This document shows, in pieces, positions 45,534 through 46,060 of a stretch of DNA of 46,060 nucleotides. This stretch comes from a virus. Numbering within the stretch: position 1 is the stretch's first letter; the number at the start of each line of letters is the position of its first letter. The stretch is taken from the UHGV virus genome UHGV-1373565. The stretch is one strand, 5' to 3'. A model generated the notes under the pieces. That model did not search any database and had not been told where the DNA came from. It was given only the letters and a program-made list of their open reading frames with translations. The translations under genes and the position numbers were made by a program.

Positions 45534-45742
45534 AACTGGTATTAGTCTTAGGACTTGCTGATGGTCGTGTGATTGAATGGGCTGATGATGCTGCACCTAA
45601 GTTTGTTAAGCCACCTGTCAACCGTGAAGGTGTTACGCAAACTTATAGCCTTGTAGGCTTCGTAGGTAATGAGGCTTACTACATCCCTGAGCACACTACA
45701 GCAGCTCAGGCAATCAAACTTCTAGCAGAAAGGGCAAGCTAA
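45530..45742 (+). CDS. Hypothetical protein (70 aa).
   Basis: ATGA overlap with the HNH stop; followed by a terminator. Confidence 0.4.
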   Translation: MKLVLVLGLADGRVIEWADDAAPKFVKPPVNREGVTQTYSLVGFVGNEAYYIPEHTTAAQAIKLLAERAS

Positions 45743-45752
45743 TAACAACGAC

Positions 45753-45786
45753 AGGCAGCTACTTAGGTGGCTGCCTTTTCTTTTAT
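45753..45786 (+). terminator. Rho-independent terminator (aggcagctac-ttag-gtggctgcct + tttcttttat). Analogue of the T7 early terminator TE.
   Basis: 9/10-bp stem followed by a T-tract. Confidence 0.75.
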
Positions 45787-45800
45787 CTGGCTTGTACTAG

Positions 45801-45892
45801 TTATCTAGTACAAATTTACTTGATAATAATTATCATTAACTCAGTCTAGTATACTAGACTAGACCGAGTCGTACTAGTTGGCTAGTACAACA
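45801..45892. repeat. Cluster of three CTAGTAC elements. Hairpin B (45801-45822, ttgtactag-ttat-ctagtacaa); perfect 18-bp palindrome A (45848-45865, agtctagtatactagact); hairpin B (45871-45892).
   Basis: Direct reading; same composite A+B arrangement as at 7544-7587. Confidence 0.65.
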
Positions 45893-45961
45893 GGCGTTCC
45901 TACGTGAAATCTGAGAAAGTTTGCGGGCAATTGTCCGTCAGAATTTAAAATTTTCTGAAAA

Positions 45962-45984
45962 TAATTAGGCGCTACAATAGGGAG
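45962..45984 (+). promoter_or_regulatory. Phage RNAP promoter (taattaggcgctacaatagggag) reading directly into the 10-mer tandem array.
   Basis: Consensus match; T7-like GGGAG initiation region. Confidence 0.75.
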
Positions 45985-45987
45985 CCC

Positions 45988-46060
45988 AGTAAGCTATAAT
46001 AGTAAGCTATAGTAAGCTATAGTAAGCTATAGTAAGCTATAGTAAGCTATAGTAAGCTAT
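45988..46060. repeat. Tandem AGTAAGCTAT array (7 copies, with a 3-nt aat insertion after the first), reaching the window edge.
   Basis: Direct reading; identical unit to 1-90. Confidence 0.95.

Overview
The window reads as a nearly complete ~46 kb genome of a T7-like (Autographiviridae) podovirus. All credible genes are on the + strand. The gene order is T7-like but appears circularly permuted. It runs: primase/helicase (543-2555); a DNA polymerase split by a group I intron that carries an EndoVII-family HNH endonuclease; SSB-like protein; tRNA-like element; highly expressed 119-aa acidic protein; 5'-3' exonuclease; EndoVII-like nuclease; HTH-metallophosphoesterase; HAD phosphatase; dNMP kinase; DNA ligase; GNAT acetyltransferase; portal; scaffold; capsid; tail tubular A/B; internal virion proteins; tail-fiber adaptor; holin; small and large terminase; then two tailspikes, endolysin and spanins downstream of terminase (an SP6/K1-5-like arrangement). 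A 1.4-kb ORF-free region (38430-39817) follows, rich in ACTAGGTAGCT repeats and carrying tandem sigma70-like promoters. After it come small early genes, a 348-aa early protein, the single-subunit RNA polymerase (42411-45044), an HNH endonuclease and a terminator. Nine copies of a 23-bp phage promoter (consensus ATTAGGCACTACAATAGGAGAAG) are present. Both window edges lie inside a tandem AGTAAGCTAT 10-mer array just downstream of a phage promoter. A family of conserved CTAGTAC-containing palindromes/hairpins marks intergenic sites. No product assignment could be confirmed by database search; all are inferred from recognised motifs.
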